Source of the DNA: Camelus dromedarius
Lineage: Eukaryota
Reading direction: 5' to 3'
Length of the DNA stretch: 64,000 nt
NCBI RefSeq assembly: GCF_036321535.1
Contig: NC_087436.1
Coordinates: 54,252,001 to 54,316,000, forward strand
Part shown: piece by piece, positions 27,451 through 40,505 of the stretch
Numbering within the stretch: position 1 is the stretch's first letter
Layout of the letters: every line of letters begins with the position of its first letter
Program-made: the position numbers and the translations under genes
The notes under the pieces: generated by a model
Database searches by the model: none
What the model was told of the DNA's origin: nothing
Seen by the model: the letters and a program-made list of their open reading frames with translations, nothing else

Positions 27451-27559
27451 TATTATTGACAATTAAAAACTGTGTATAGGTATAACTCAGCCACTAGTAG
27501 TTTATATAAAATTTGACAAACTATAATCAAGAATAAAAGACATACCCCAAACACTTCTG

Positions 27560-29460
27560 AGTGTTGAAAATCCAGTCTGATAAACTTTGTGTTTAACAGT
27601 ACTATTGGTCCATTTATAGTTAATGTGATTACTGATATATTTGTGTGTATATAAGCCATATTATCTCATATATTCTGTTAGCCCACTTGTTTTAGATTTT
27701 TTCTTACTTCACCTTTTTTTAGTTAATCAAATATTTTATATTATTCCATTTATCTACCTCTATTATATTTTCAGTTATGCATTGTTTTACTCTTCTTTTA
27801 TTGGTTGCTATAATAATTACAATATGCATCCTTTTTTTTGCATCCTTTTTGCAGTCCAAATAACAGGATTATTTTAACCACTTTCCCAATAATGCTAACT
27901 TTCCCTTTTGAAAGCAGTTATTGAAATTATTGAAAGTTTCCCTTTTAAAAGTTATTACTATTATTATTATTATTATTTTTGATCTTTGTCTTTTATGTAT
28001 CAAGAGTATGGTTTTCTTTATATTGCTTGAGGTTTGTGAGCCTTTGAATCTCTGGGTTGATGTCTTTCATCAATTTTAAATAATTCTTGACTATTATATC
28101 TTCATATATTTCTTCTGTCACATTCTTCCCTGCCTGTCTTTCTGGAACAATAATAAATATATACGTTACACTTATTTACCATGATCCAAGCACATATTAT
28201 AAGCACTCTGTATTATGTCTCCTTTTTCCTCTTTATGCTTCAATTTTAATATTTCCTACAGGGCTATCTTTCAGTTCACTGAATTTTTATTGCAGCTGTT
28301 TCAAATGCTATTAAGTTGATCTATTCAGTTTTTAATTTCAGATATTCTATTTTTTAGTTCTAGAATGCCTATTTAATTCTTTCTTATGATTTAACTTCTT
28401 AGGAGGAATTCTCTATGGTTTCAGGTTTTTGTTTGTTTTTTCAAATTTTTCCTGTGTTTTCTTGAACACATTTATCACAGTTAAAGTTCTGTCTGCTAGC
28501 TCCAGTATCTGGATCACCTGTGGGTCAGTTGTTATTTTCTATTATTTTTTCTCTTGGTTTTTGATCACTCATATCTATCTTTTGGCATGTCCCATAATTT
28601 TTCATATATGTTTTTATTGACATATAGTCAGTTTACAATGTCATGTCAGTTTCTGGTGTACAGCACAATGCTTCAGTCATAATTTTTAATAGAATACTAG
28701 ATATTGTGTATAATATAGAGACTCTAAATGGCATTATCTTCTACTAGAGAGACTTCATACTTTTCTTTGCAAAGCAGATAGAAGTCAAAAGAGATTACCT
28801 TAGCCTAATCATGGATTGTGGTGATTACAATTTTTCTAGGGCTTAGTTTACCTCTGATTTGTTCATTTTGTAAAGGTTAGTCCTCTGAGGATTTCAACTG
28901 TGATCCTGAAATGTTTTGTTAAACACCCCCACCACCATGTTCTGAACTCTGATCTTTAATGACTCTGTGTTTTAGAGTTTTAGCTTAGAATTTTGGCATC
29001 ACCCTACTCCTAATCCCCTTGCAGACATCTTAATGCAGAAATAGACCATATGTTTTGAGGCTTCTCAAATCTGCAGTTTTGTCATGTGGCCTAACAAGAC
29101 CACAATAAGCTTATTTTCCAGTTCCTTAAAAACAGCCCTCTGCCAGACCTAAACCCAGATTCTTTCTCTGTTGCCTGTCATCAGCAAATATCCCAGGAAA
29201 AAAGCACCTGCAAATGGATAACTAACCTTTCAGATGTTCTATCGTGTTCAGAATCTTAGTCCTTCTTGTCTATGCTGACAGCTCATAGAGCTGGAAGCAT
29301 CCACAACTCTATGAAGCCTTTAAAAATAGAATTTTGTTATATTATAACCTGGATTTTAACAAATAAGTCATTTATAACAAATAAAAAATCTGGATTTTGT
29401 TATATTTTGAATGGATTTATTTGGTAAGAATGTGGTCTTCTGTAAACTACTCATTCCCTC
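27560..29460 (-). mobile_element. Old L1 (L1M/L1ME-like) ORF1 and 5' fragments
   Basis: T-rich reverse L1 sequence such as gagcctttgaatctctgggttgatgtctttcatcaatttt and ctgtctgctagctccagtatctggatcacctgtgggtcag. Confidence 0.6.
28603..28677 (-). mobile_element. Heavily 5'-truncated young L1 3' end with 10-bp TSD
   Basis: tttttattgacatatagtcagtttacaatg...ttctggtgtacagc is an artiodactyl-type L1 tail. TSD CATAATTTTT at 28593-28602 and 28678-28687, followed by AA (TTTT/AA endonuclease site). Confidence 0.8.
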
Positions 29461-30712
29461 TAAAGCTAGAGTCATCCAATGAGCAGTTCATTCCTTGAAC
29501 TTGTTAACTTCTACCCCTACACAGTAAAAATGACAAAAATGCTTTTGAATGTCTTTATTTCATAATTTCTAATACCGCATATGATAATAATAAAGTTTTC
29601 ATGAAGACAAATTATTTTTCAGCTTCAATAAATACAAAAATCACATGAAATAATAATGCTGGCATAGATATTCGGAAGATTCCACATTTTACAAAATGTG
29701 AACTGTGATTTTTCTGTTTTTGAAAGTGGTAGAATCTATTTTCTTTTGAGTGACTAGGTATGAATAATATCATGAAGAAAAGAGTGGAGAAGCACCAACT
29801 TCAGCATTTAGGGTAGCAAAGCACATACTTTCAAAGATACAGTATGTGAGAGATGGATTTTTTAGTAGATTAGTGTTCCTCAAAAAATTAACAAAGAAAT
29901 ACCTAAATATCCTACCAGGTGTTAAATTCTGAAGTATTAAATATGAAAATCAAATTCTGAAATAAAAACAGTGAAGTATATAAAGTGGGAAAATAAATTA
30001 TCATCCCTTTTGTATATATAAAGAATGGTACTGCTGGTTCTATGGTTTAAATTATTAAATGAATACAAATGGCTAAATTGTATAATAAATCAGAAGGAGT
30101 ATAATATCACAAGGATTAACTAATTGCTAATTAAATTTTTAGATTACCAGCATTCTCTAGTCTATTTGTTTATATCTTCAGTACGTATAACAAATTATGA
30201 TATGTAAGAGAGTTTGGATCATTTTACGTAGGAAGAGTATTTATTAACCCAGGATTGCCACCTAATCAATTTAAATAGTTATTGTGCATATATTTCTATT
30301 TCATGTATTTATAAGTAAGTATTGACAAATAATACTATGTAATTGACCAAATACATATTATTGAGATTACAACCTAGTAGTTAGGAAACTGAACAGGAAT
30401 TGTTGTCAGAATTTGACATTACAGTATAGCTAATAACTTGCCCCCAATATATTTAGATAATGTATGCAGATCTATTTACTTTCCTAGAGGTTCATATAAT
30501 CAACCCTTTTTCCATTTTAATATCTTGTTGACTTAAAGTCTTTTATTATGAATCATTAAATTTTTAAAAATGAATATATGTCTCTCTGTTTAACGACAGA
30601 GCAATGCTAATGAGGTTCATTGCAGACTTATTTATAGTGCACCTTGTATTGATAAAAATAAATGATATATACCTTTTACTCCTTCTTTCAACATGTTTTT
30701 TGGAATTCACAG

Positions 30713-30805
30713 GTCAGTGGAACTTCTGATGAACTATCTAACTTGACTAACCAATATGCTGCTTTCTTATCAAGAACAGAAAGAACTACTAAACCATCAG
30801 ATATG
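30713..30805 (+). CDS. STPG2: STPG2 internal coding exon (93 nt, phase 0-0): VSGTSDELSNLTNQYAAFLSRTERTTKPSDM
   Basis: CAG acceptor at 30710-30712, ATG|gtaag donor, open frame in phase with the previous exon, AAFLSR motif as recalled from STPG2. Confidence 0.88.
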
Positions 30806-32334
30806 GTAAGAAGGCTCCTCTATAACTAAATGTTTTTATAATCTAGGAATCATAGAAGAGATTGCATAACAAAAACATTACATTAGGACCTGAGAGAGGT
30901 ACCCGGTAGCCTGCTCTAACATCTTCATGTAGTATACTTCCATATTTTTGAAGTTCAATGAAATTCTTGAAGCTAAACAGAAGTATAACATTGCTCTGTA
31001 GGAAAACATTACATAGACATCTCCTAGAGGGTCAGAGAGCATTCATTCTTAGGACATATAGAAAAATTGACTTGTGTTGTATATAAAGTAGGTTTACTTT
31101 AGGTTCAACTCAGTTTACTCATAAGTGCAAACTTTTTCCCTTTTCAATTTGAATCTATCTTGAAACTTAAGATGCTTCAGTGACATTTTTTACTCTGTTA
31201 ATCTGTATTTTAACTGTGTTGATATAAATTTTTCCATTTTTTCCATAAATTTCCACTTTTATAAATAGCTAATATTGAATAAATTAAAGTAAGTAAAGCA
31301 GCTGAAATTTAAAAATGTGTACTTAACTATTTGGTTCAGATTAAGTTTACTTAAAAGATCAAAGTGAAATTTAAAATTAAAAAATTTAGACTTGTGTGTA
31401 TAAGTATTGTTAAAATAAATTTTTATAGAAATTGGACTGTCATTGTAAGATATTATTAGTAACAAATTAACAAAACAGGATCATCAACCAGGTTTTGAAA
31501 TGTAGCCAGTCAACTGGAGAAGTAGCATTGCTTGCTGAAATGAAATTCTACTAGTTGCACAATGCCAGGAGTTCATTTATAATGTTTTTAATGGTGAAGT
31601 AACTGGTACAAGATTAGAATGAACTAATTTAAAGGAAGTATAAATGCAATGCTAGTTAAGTTAATATAGCTGTGAATATCTAGGAAATCATAGGAACTAG
31701 ATTAATTTAGTAAGAGCCATTCAGGAATGGACTTACTTTTTTCTGAGACATCAGTTGACTGAATCTGAGAGATGGCATCAAAGTTAGCATCATGGTCTGT
31801 GAGATTTTTTGTAACTTAAAGTTCAAAAGACAGTTTAAAATCATCTAGCAGTGTCTTGACATTTAAGAGACTCTCATAATTGTTAAATAAGTGTATTGTT
31901 TTAATAGATTATTTCTCATCTTGAGGAATTTTAGGGTTGTGTTATGTTTCTCAAGTGAGTCATACTTGTATGCACCTTTGGATCCACTGTGAAGTATGTC
32001 TTAAGTAACTTATTACCAATATAAAGCTTTTTAGCTTAGAGATATTCAGAATGGATTCATAGTTATTTCTGTCAGTATATTGTAGCTACTAGGAAAAGAC
32101 AATGCAGATCTCTGATGGTTCCCATAACAATGCGTATGTATATATTATACTTCATGTTTGTAGTGAAAAAAGATGATGGAGATCTGCTCTAAAGGAAGAT
32201 GAGTTGCTCTACCAATTACTTTCATCTAAGTTACATTTTCCTCTTTTATCTTTGTCTTCACTGCATCTGGAAACTCCTTTTTAGTACTGTCTTTTTTTTC
32301 AGTATGAAACACTTGCATTTAAAAGTATTGGGTT

Positions 32335-32494
32335 GGGAGGAGGGTATAGCTCAAGTGATAAGAGTGTGTGCTTAGCTTACATGAGGTCCTGGGTTCAATA
32401 CCCAGTACCTCCATTAAAAAAAATTAAACAGATAAACCTAATCATGACCCCTTCCCCCTTCAAAAAACTAAAAAAACACCTTCAAACATTAAAA
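32335..32494 (+). mobile_element. tRNA-derived SINE, vic-1 type (Camelidae)
   Basis: gggtatagctcaagtg (A box) ... gaggtcctgggttcaatacccagtacctcc (B box), A-rich tail with aaacctaat. TSD AAAAGTATTG[G/A]GT at 32321 and 32495, TTT/AAAA site. Confidence 0.9.
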
Positions 32495-33179
32495 AAAAGT
32501 ATTGAGTGGGACTCTGCTTATGCAAGAAGTAAAATAGTTTAGTTCCATAGAATACTTTGGTTTTTGAATCCCTTTCACAAACAAAAATACCCTTCAAACA
32601 TGTAAGTGTCTTATATATGTCTAATGAAAAATTCAAATTACTGATCTTGGATCAATATTGATCTCAAACTTATGAAATAATGGAATTAATTTTATAATTT
32701 TTATGTCAAATCAAAGTATTAGAAAATTTACCTCCTACATATTTTAAATTTTATATTTATCGATATATTGCAGTCTTGAAGGTTGGCATATAGTTTAATT
32801 TTCAACATGTTACATATAAGTTTTACATAAAAATATTTAAAAACCCGGACATTGGTTTCACGTGAGAGAGCATATACATCTCCCTTCCTTTTACAAGGTC
32901 CCAATGAAATAATTATTTTTTTAAACTACAACATAAGCATTAATTGAATATAAGAAGACAGAGAGATTGAAAATATGATAAATGGAGGCTAGACGCAGCC
33001 AAACACCTGTTTTTTAGGCATTCCAGAAGCAGAACGCTGAGACAGTAGTTGGGAGTCGTTGATGTAAAAAGCAGTAAGTTGTCTTGAGCAGAATAAAGAC
33101 ATGTCTTCAATTAGAAGATCTCAACAAAATGCCTCGTAGGGTAAACTTTAAAAGACATACATTCTTTTTACCTTCTTTT

Positions 33180-34560
33180 GCATTTTCAGAAGGCTGGAAA
33201 TAAAGCAAATGCCCTTGAAGCTTCCACAGAGAAAAGTAACAGGGTCACCTACAATGGGATGAGAAACATAATCACATCAACACTTTCTCAGCAGCATTAA
33301 CAACAATTCAGAGCGAGGAAATGATGGAAAAGCATTTTCAAAAATTTCTAAGGGGAAATAATTTTAGATATAGAATTCTGCCTCTACTCAAATTTTCAGT
33401 TAAATGAATCAAGAAAATAATTTTTTGACACACAAGAGCTTGGAAATTTACACCCCATATGTGAAGATGCTCCAGCAAAATAAAAAAAGCAAACGAGAGG
33501 GTGATATAAACTTGGAGAAGAATAGAAACTGAGCATTTCTGGATGAAGTAGAGAAAAGTGAGTACAAAGTAACAAAGAAGGGATTTTTAGTTCATGCTTG
33601 AGACATTTTTCAAGAATCAGGTTTGGTGATGACAGAGCTTTATTTAAGTCTCTGTGTTTGGCTACACTAATTGGTTCAATAGGGAATAATTATGATATTC
33701 TAAATTCTGTTTTAATAATGATTGATTTGAAAGCAATCTGTACACATTGCAGAGGACTTAATTATAGTATAAAAATATAAATACTAGAAACCTTAATGTC
33801 ATTAATAAAATAATAAAATCAAGAGGTGAAAGGTGGGAGGCAGTAAAATATGCTAGATTTCTTATTTCCTAGTGCAGAGTTATCAGATGTTGTCAAAAAA
33901 TTGACAAATTACAGTATAGGTCCTTATACTAAGCTTGTAATAATAGTAGGTACCAAACAAAAAAACAAACAAACTAAAAAACCCAGTTACTATTAAAATG
34001 AATTATTTCTGGGAATGGAACCAGGGAGAGATCGAGGACAATTTTACTGTTTATTTTAGACTCTTGCATATGATTGGATTTTTATTTTTGATATTTATGC
34101 ATTTGAAGTGGTATTATCACATACTGGTACATGGACTGACCCATTCTCTGCAAACAACCAAATTTCTAGACAAAATAGAAACAAAACACATATATGAATG
34201 CTTCCAAGAATTAGAAAGAAAAAAGGAGTACTCGGGCTAAAGGCTGAATTAAGGAGGGACCTAGAATGGCAAGTAGAGCACTGAAGCCAACTTTCACCCT
34301 GAGGACATTTGCCTGCCAACCAGGTGACTTTGAGTTTTAATTTTCATAGTCTCAAAGGCCTCCAGAGAATGAGACAAAGCCTAAGACTCTCACAGTGGGT
34401 AGTCTCAAAGAAGATTCTTAATACAGTTAAGACTTCAGAGGGTAACCTAGGCAGGTTAAGAGTGAAATGCAAGCAAATCTTTCCTTACACACCAAATGCT
34501 TTAAAGGAAGATGGCTGGTGTTGAACTTCCTAGTTGTGAATGTATGTTAAGGGAATCACC
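33180..34560 (+). mobile_element. Old L1/HAL1-like fragments
   Basis: ORF1-like A-rich segment (tagaattctgcctctactcaaattttcagttaaatg) followed by a 5'-region-like segment. Heavily diverged. Confidence 0.45.
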
Positions 34561-34659
34561 CCTGAGATACTGTTACATTTCACCTTCATTCAGTGAGGTG
34601 AATTGTTAAAAAACACAAAATGCCTGTCTGTCACAGATATTAATGACATTAATTTTATT

Positions 34660-34870
34660 AATAATAAGAACTAATGCTCAGATAGTGCTTGTTCTATGCC
34701 ATGCACAATTCCACATGTATATTAATTCATTTGAGTACTGTAATTATGATCATCTTTAAAAATGAGGAAACTGAGGCACAGAGTTTAAAGTTTTTAAATG
34801 GCAGTTAGAATTCAAACCAAGGGAGTCCATCAATAGAATCTACTCTTTTAAGGGTCTTTTTTGCACTGCT
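34660..34870 (-). mobile_element. MIR
   Basis: aaatgaggaaactgaggcacagag is the reverse MIR core. Confidence 0.75.
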
Positions 34871-35459
34871 TTTCTCTGGCTTTAAGAATTAGCTCAACTG
34901 AAATAAATATGATAGTATAATAAATGATTTTTGTGATCTAGAACAAAGAGATATGACTGTAAGGATCTCAGACATTATTATAAGGGATACATCTTTTTTT
35001 TTTTTTTTGGAAATGTAACTTGCTTAACAGAAACTGATGGAGGATTCAGCATCATGAACCCATGAACAATACTGAAGTTAATAACTTTCCTCCAGTTATT
35101 TAGAGGCCAAAAATAAACTAATGGCTATAAATTTAGTGGGAAAGTCATTGAAAGAATTTGGTATGCTTGCTTAGATTGAATCATGGCTCAGAAAGGGGCA
35201 TCATTTAGCGAATGACAACCGGTATTAAAAAATATCCCCCAAATTACACCAATGTTTTATAAAAATTAACAAATGACTTGAAATGTATTAGAATTATTTG
35301 ATAAACAATTGCACCACAACTCTTATCACTTGATGAATAGTTTTTATAATATTTAGAGTTGAGAAGGGATTTTTAAAAAATAAATTATGATTTATATATT
35401 TATTTATATTCATTTGACTTGTTAAATATTTTGAATATCACTGCAGAATAGGTAAAAAT

Positions 35460-35665
35460 TTAAGAGCAAAAGCTTTGGCATCAGAGAAATGCTTTTGTAG
35501 TCTCTGCTCCACCTTCTAGACACATTAGCATAGGCAACATCTCTGTTTCTTCAAATGTTAAATAGGAATAATAAATTAAGTAGGGATAACCTGATAGGGC
35601 CATGGTAAGAACTAAGTGTATTATTGCTTACAACACTTATTTCATTGTGTTACCCATAGTAAGCT
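35460..35665 (+). mobile_element. MIR
   Basis: taagagcaaaagctttggcatcagag...ctctgtttcttcaaatgttaaataggaataata. Confidence 0.6.
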
Positions 35666-36073
35666 ATAAGTTATTTAGCTATAAAAATTGTGAATGGCAG
35701 GTTATGGCTCAAAGCTAAGTCAATCTCATTTCAAAACCTATGGTCTCTTTTCATCATTCCATAATATTAATAAGGAGCAGGTATAAAAATATGGTAATGT
35801 CTTTGATTTTTACACTTACTTGTAAGTGATATTCACCCTCTTCACCCAGAGGCACCCTCCGTCTCGCATGGTGTTGCTAGGTCAGGATGAAAAGAGACAG
35901 AAAAATGTTCAATATTTGACTTTGGAAACATTTCTTGAAGCTTATTTCAGAGACCATAGTTGTGGGGGCTGTGGCTCTATAATGGAGCTTTAAAAATAAT
36001 GAAAAGTGTCTTCTAATTTTCACTTTCCTTTGAATATTCTAGAACTAGAGGTAGGCTAAGAAGTTCAAGTTTT

Positions 36074-36290
36074 GTATTAGTTAGCTATTTCTGAATAATA
36101 AACTCAAAATCTTAGTGGCATATACTAAAAAGCATTTATTACTTACTTGCAAGTTTGCAGGTCTGCTATGGAAGCTTGCTTCAAGCTGCAATTTTGCTGG
36201 GGAAACCATGCTTCATGCTACCACTTGACAGATGTGACTCTTGGGACCAGTTGGATACTTGGGGCATGTTCTTCTCATGGGGATGGGAGA
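36074..36290 (-). mobile_element. MLT1-type LTR fragment
   Basis: tgtattagttagctatttctg...ctcaaaatcttagtggcatatactaaaaagcatttatt. Confidence 0.6.
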
Positions 36291-36674
36291 AATATAAGGG
36301 TATTACTATAGGAAAAGAGAATAGGAAAATGGCAGGATAATGGAATTTTCCTGCTACACTGAATGAGAAAGCCCTTCCTAGACTAGAAGAAAAGGACAGA
36401 GAAAGGCAGCAGAGCAAGGGAGTTGAGATTTGAGTTTGAGGCCTGTTCCATGCTCGCCCACATTGCAGGTGAACTCTGGTAAGATTGGGGGTTGAGTAGT
36501 AGTGTTGGAAATATGTGGGGACTCAGGCTGAGAAATCCCAGAGATGATGAAGTGTGATTTGCACTCATATCTGAAAGCCTGGGAGGGTGCTAGAGTAATA
36601 CCTTCCTTTCCTCATACAGCGTAGCTCCTGCAGACAGAAGAGTTTTTGTGCTCTATTCAGGCAAAGAGGGCCAA

Positions 36675-37000
36675 TGTCAATCAGGGTCTAGTCAGGAGAC
36701 AGAACCACACTAGTTATTTTGAAATAAATACAAGGAATTGTGGATATTGGAGAACTCAAAAAGGCAAAGAGAGAACGCTGAAGTATCACAGTAGTAGTAA
36801 CAAGCAATGCTACCATCCTTAGACCTTGGGGGAAAAAGGGAATAGGTTGGAATTATTATTACTTGGAAGCTTGGAGAGACCTTTTGTTAATGGGATTTAT
36901 ACTTCTGAAGAGGTAGCACAGCTTAGCCAGTGCTAGTGTCTCAGGAGCTCAGAAGAAGATCCCTTGGGCCTGGAACACAGACCCTTGGGATCCAGGAGAT
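36675..37000 (-). mobile_element. ERVL-class LTR fragment
   Basis: tgtcaatcagggtctagtcaggagacagaaccacac is the reverse complement of the same type of LTR terminus seen at 470-507. Confidence 0.55.
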
Positions 37001-39269
37001 AGTAAAACTATATTAGAAATGGATTTCAGCTGAACTATTTCATAAGAATCAAAGTTCTTCTGACTAAAAACTATACTCTGTTACCCTCAATCAATCTTTC
37101 TTTTCTTGTAACATCTTGCTGGGACAGTCATAGAAAGTTCTTAGACTTTTAGGTAGTTTTTAGAGTTCATTGTATTGTTTAGTCAGTTTGCTTGTTGGTA
37201 TCTTCTGTCAGTCACCTAACCATTGATGGAGGAGGGCACATTAAAGTGAATTTTCTTACTGCAGGCCCATCAATGCAAGTAAAGGATTTTAGGCAAATGA
37301 TTTCTGATACACTGAAGAGTGAGTTGGTCACAGTGCACTTAGATCCTTCCTGTCCTTCCATTACATTTTAATGTCTCTATATAAGTTTTTCATTTAATTG
37401 TCTAATTTCCTGAGATCAGAAAATGCATTTGATAAACAGCAAGAAGAAGTGCCACTGGATGCCACTTCATCAAAGCACAGAAAGAGCAGTGAAGGCAACT
37501 GCTGAGCAAGAGACACTGATAAATTGGATTCTAGTAGCCTGCCTTTTGATTGGGTACAATTGCCTGTCACTACTACACAGATTGTGAGAAGGCAGTTCCC
37601 TAGTTTTTTATTATTTTTACTTGTCCTACAGAAATCTCAGAAGTAAATAATCACTTCATGAACAAATGATTTTATCTTTATTCTTTGGCTGATAAAAATT
37701 TGTGCACTTTCACATGTTTTGAGAATGAAATCTGTCCTAACTTTGAAGACACCACGTTCATTTAAAATAAACATCAGCAGAATGACTCATACTCTGCATA
37801 ATCTCTGAGATTTAGACTGTTTGTGGCATCCATTCCAACTGATTCCTACATTTTATATCAACCAGTCACTGTTTGGTAGCTTATATGAGAATTGAAAGAG
37901 AAAAATATGTTAAAAGTGGTATGGAGATTAGTCATGACCTTAACTCCATCATTTAAGTCTTTGATGCCAACATGACTATATATATGCAACCCAGCACATA
38001 GTGTAATGAAGGCATTAATACTATTGAAACCTCTATATAATAAATTCATGACTAATGAAACATGACATTTAGAAATTGACTTCAAATGTCTAATTATCTT
38101 ACTTAGAATGCACATATTCATGAGAAGTAAACCTTGTTTTAGTATATTTAAATGTTTAAGAATTCATCTTTTTTTAAAATTACCTCCACTGATGAAGAAA
38201 GCTATAGACTGCAACTCTGACTTTAATTATAGAAATCTGATCCCACTGACATGGGCATCATAGTCATCTTTTGACCAATTCAGAATATTAAACTCTTGAG
38301 TGTCTGGTCATCATTATATACAAAAGTATGTATTAATAGTCTTTCTGTTGGCATCTCTGGGGGCAAACAATAGTTCCATTGTATTATTACGGATTTCTAA
38401 GGGAAAGGGCATTTTTCCATCACATAAATTTAAAATGTAGCTACTAAGTAACATTATCTTAGTATCATCATCACAAGTACATAGGGAACAAATATAGAAA
38501 ACTGAAACAGGTTCCTATAAGTTAAAATGACATTGCTAGAAAAATAGAGAGAAAAAGAGGGGAAAGGAAAAAGGCCAGAGATGTGAGGAGGAATATAAAG
38601 AAGAGAGATAATGGAAAGAAGTACTCATATTATAAAGTCTGAAAGGGTAGAGTAATGCAAGAAAAAACTAAAGTAGAAGCATGTTGGAAAACTTGCAACT
38701 AGATTTAGTTGCTACTATGGGAAGGAACTGCTGCTTCTGGAATGAAGCAGACCCAGTGGAAGAAACTCCTTCATTTACCAGCCTTGTAAAGACCCTCTGC
38801 AAGCACCACCTATTGGTAGGTTTTGCAGGTTTCCAGGATTGGAGCTGGAACAAATCTGGTACATTTCAACATTTGACTACTTAGCATCCATATTCATCTT
38901 TCTACTCATATTTGAAATTACATATGATATTCCAAACAACTCTGTGTTTCTTCCTAAAACAGTACAACTGTCTTTTGTGTAACAAAAATTTTCTCATTGT
39001 GCAAAATGAGGTGACACAAGTTTACAGCAGTGATTGTCTTCATCTCTGGGCAAATTTAGTCATAGCCCATCTAAATACTTTGTTATCTAAATACTGTTGT
39101 AATTGTTAAGGTATAATTGTTACCTAAATGCTAAATCATACTTTTTAATTTTAATAAGCCTTTTAGAAAATGAAAAGGAGGTGGAGAGGGAAAATGAAAA
39201 CAACACACACACACACGCACATGCACATACAAGGAAATTTATATGAATGACTGACAATCCTTATTCTTA

Positions 39270-40130
39270 ACTGGTTCAAGGCTGCAGATGATATTTCTGA
39301 CTTCTTTCTGCTATCACCCTCTCATTGTTCCCTTGGCCCACAATAAGAATGTCAGCTGTTCAGGGTTTGTTGTCTGATAGATGACCAAGCCTTCACTTTT
39401 GAAGGATACAAATCCTTAGTGATCCTTTTTTTTTTTTTCCCGATTGATAACAATTTTCCATCAATTCTTAATATTGGAGGTAGAAGTATTAAGAGGAATC
39501 TCAGAGAATATTCTGAGTTCTTCCTGTCCTCTCTGTGTAGCAGCATCTCAGATTCTACTTGTTAATTGTGACAAATCACCCAGTCAATAGAGTAAGCTCT
39601 ACTTTGTTTCAGTGGCATAGGGACCCCAAAGTGCTAGTTGCCCATCTTAACTTTCAATTCTGCAGAACCAGAGTCATGTCTCTAAGTGGAAGCTTTCCTG
39701 CTTTGGGAATCAAGTCTTATAAATAAATAGAGCTCAAAGTTATGCAGATAAGAGGCAAAAACTTTGTTGAGTGTGTTGTTAGGTAAAATAATGAGAAGAG
39801 GTATTGCCACATGTGTGCTTGGACACTCTCCTCTCAAGGTCTTGTCTCTCAATTGGCACCATAATTGAGTTTTCAGGAGGCCCTTCTGTTGTTCATTTAG
39901 GTCAGCTGCTTTTAAGTGGTGAGAGTCTATTAGACCTCATGCATTCTATGAGCAGAAGCTCATTGCTACATTTCTTTAGCTATTAAATGAGTTCCTTGAC
40001 CAGAAATAATGTTGCCTAGAATACTGTAACAGTAAATAAGCCATTCTGTAAGTCCAAGGAAGGCAGTGTTGGCAAAAGAATTATTGGCAGGGAAGACAAA
40101 TGAGGTCCATTCTTGTCATGACCTTTTTAG
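39270..40130 (-). mobile_element. ERVL internal fragment
   Basis: gatagatgaccaagccttcactttt and cagcagcatctcagatt are reverse-strand counterparts of the ERVL-int sequence near 1485 and 1755. Confidence 0.55.
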
Positions 40131-40169
40131 GTTTTGCAGTCAATGTTATAATGGGTTCTTAAAAGTAAG

Positions 40170-40505
40170 TGTCAGCTGCGGGAGGCTGGAGAGGGATCTG
40201 AGGAGGTGAGCTGCCTAACTGGAAAAAGGCGCAAGGAGCCAACATGGAGCAAAACAGCACTTTATTGTAGTATAAACAGGTGGCCCACGTAGCTGGCGGC
40301 ATTCAGGTGTAGGCACTTGTCCTTTTATAATGCTAGTGGCGCATGCGTAGTGTTCATAGTGCTGAGTCACACTACTGGCGCATGCGTATTGTTCATAATG
40401 CTGACTCATGCTCCTGGCGCATGCGTACATTTATCTCTTACCAGGTGCGAGCTGTTGTGAACTTCGGCCTTGGCCCGACGGCGTACTCACTTAAGGCTAA
40501 TGACA
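40170..40505 (-). mobile_element. Young solo LTR, 336 bp, family not recognised
   Basis: TGTCA...TGACA inverted termini. Flanks aagtaag/gagtaag. Minus-strand TATAAAA (40323-40329) then AATAAA (40261-40266) in U3-R-U5 order. Many intact CpGs. Confidence 0.8.
40337..40427. promoter_or_regulatory. 39-bp tandem array (2.3 copies) with three GCGCATGCG (NRF1-like) and two TGCTGA[G/C]TCA[C/T] (NF-E2/ARE/AP-1) motifs
   Basis: TGGCGCATGCGTA at 40337, 40376 and 40415. TGCTGAGTCAC at 40360-40370 and TGCTGACTCAT at 40399-40409. Confidence 0.7.

Noticed and set aside
32335..32412. tRNA gene (also at 49556-49630)
   Set aside because: A and B boxes are present, but an A-rich tail and TSD follow, so these are tRNA-derived SINEs.
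40337..40427. CRISPR-like regularly spaced palindromic repeats
   Set aside because: The intervening sequences are near-identical to each other, so this is a tandem repeat. The context is mammalian and there are no cas genes.
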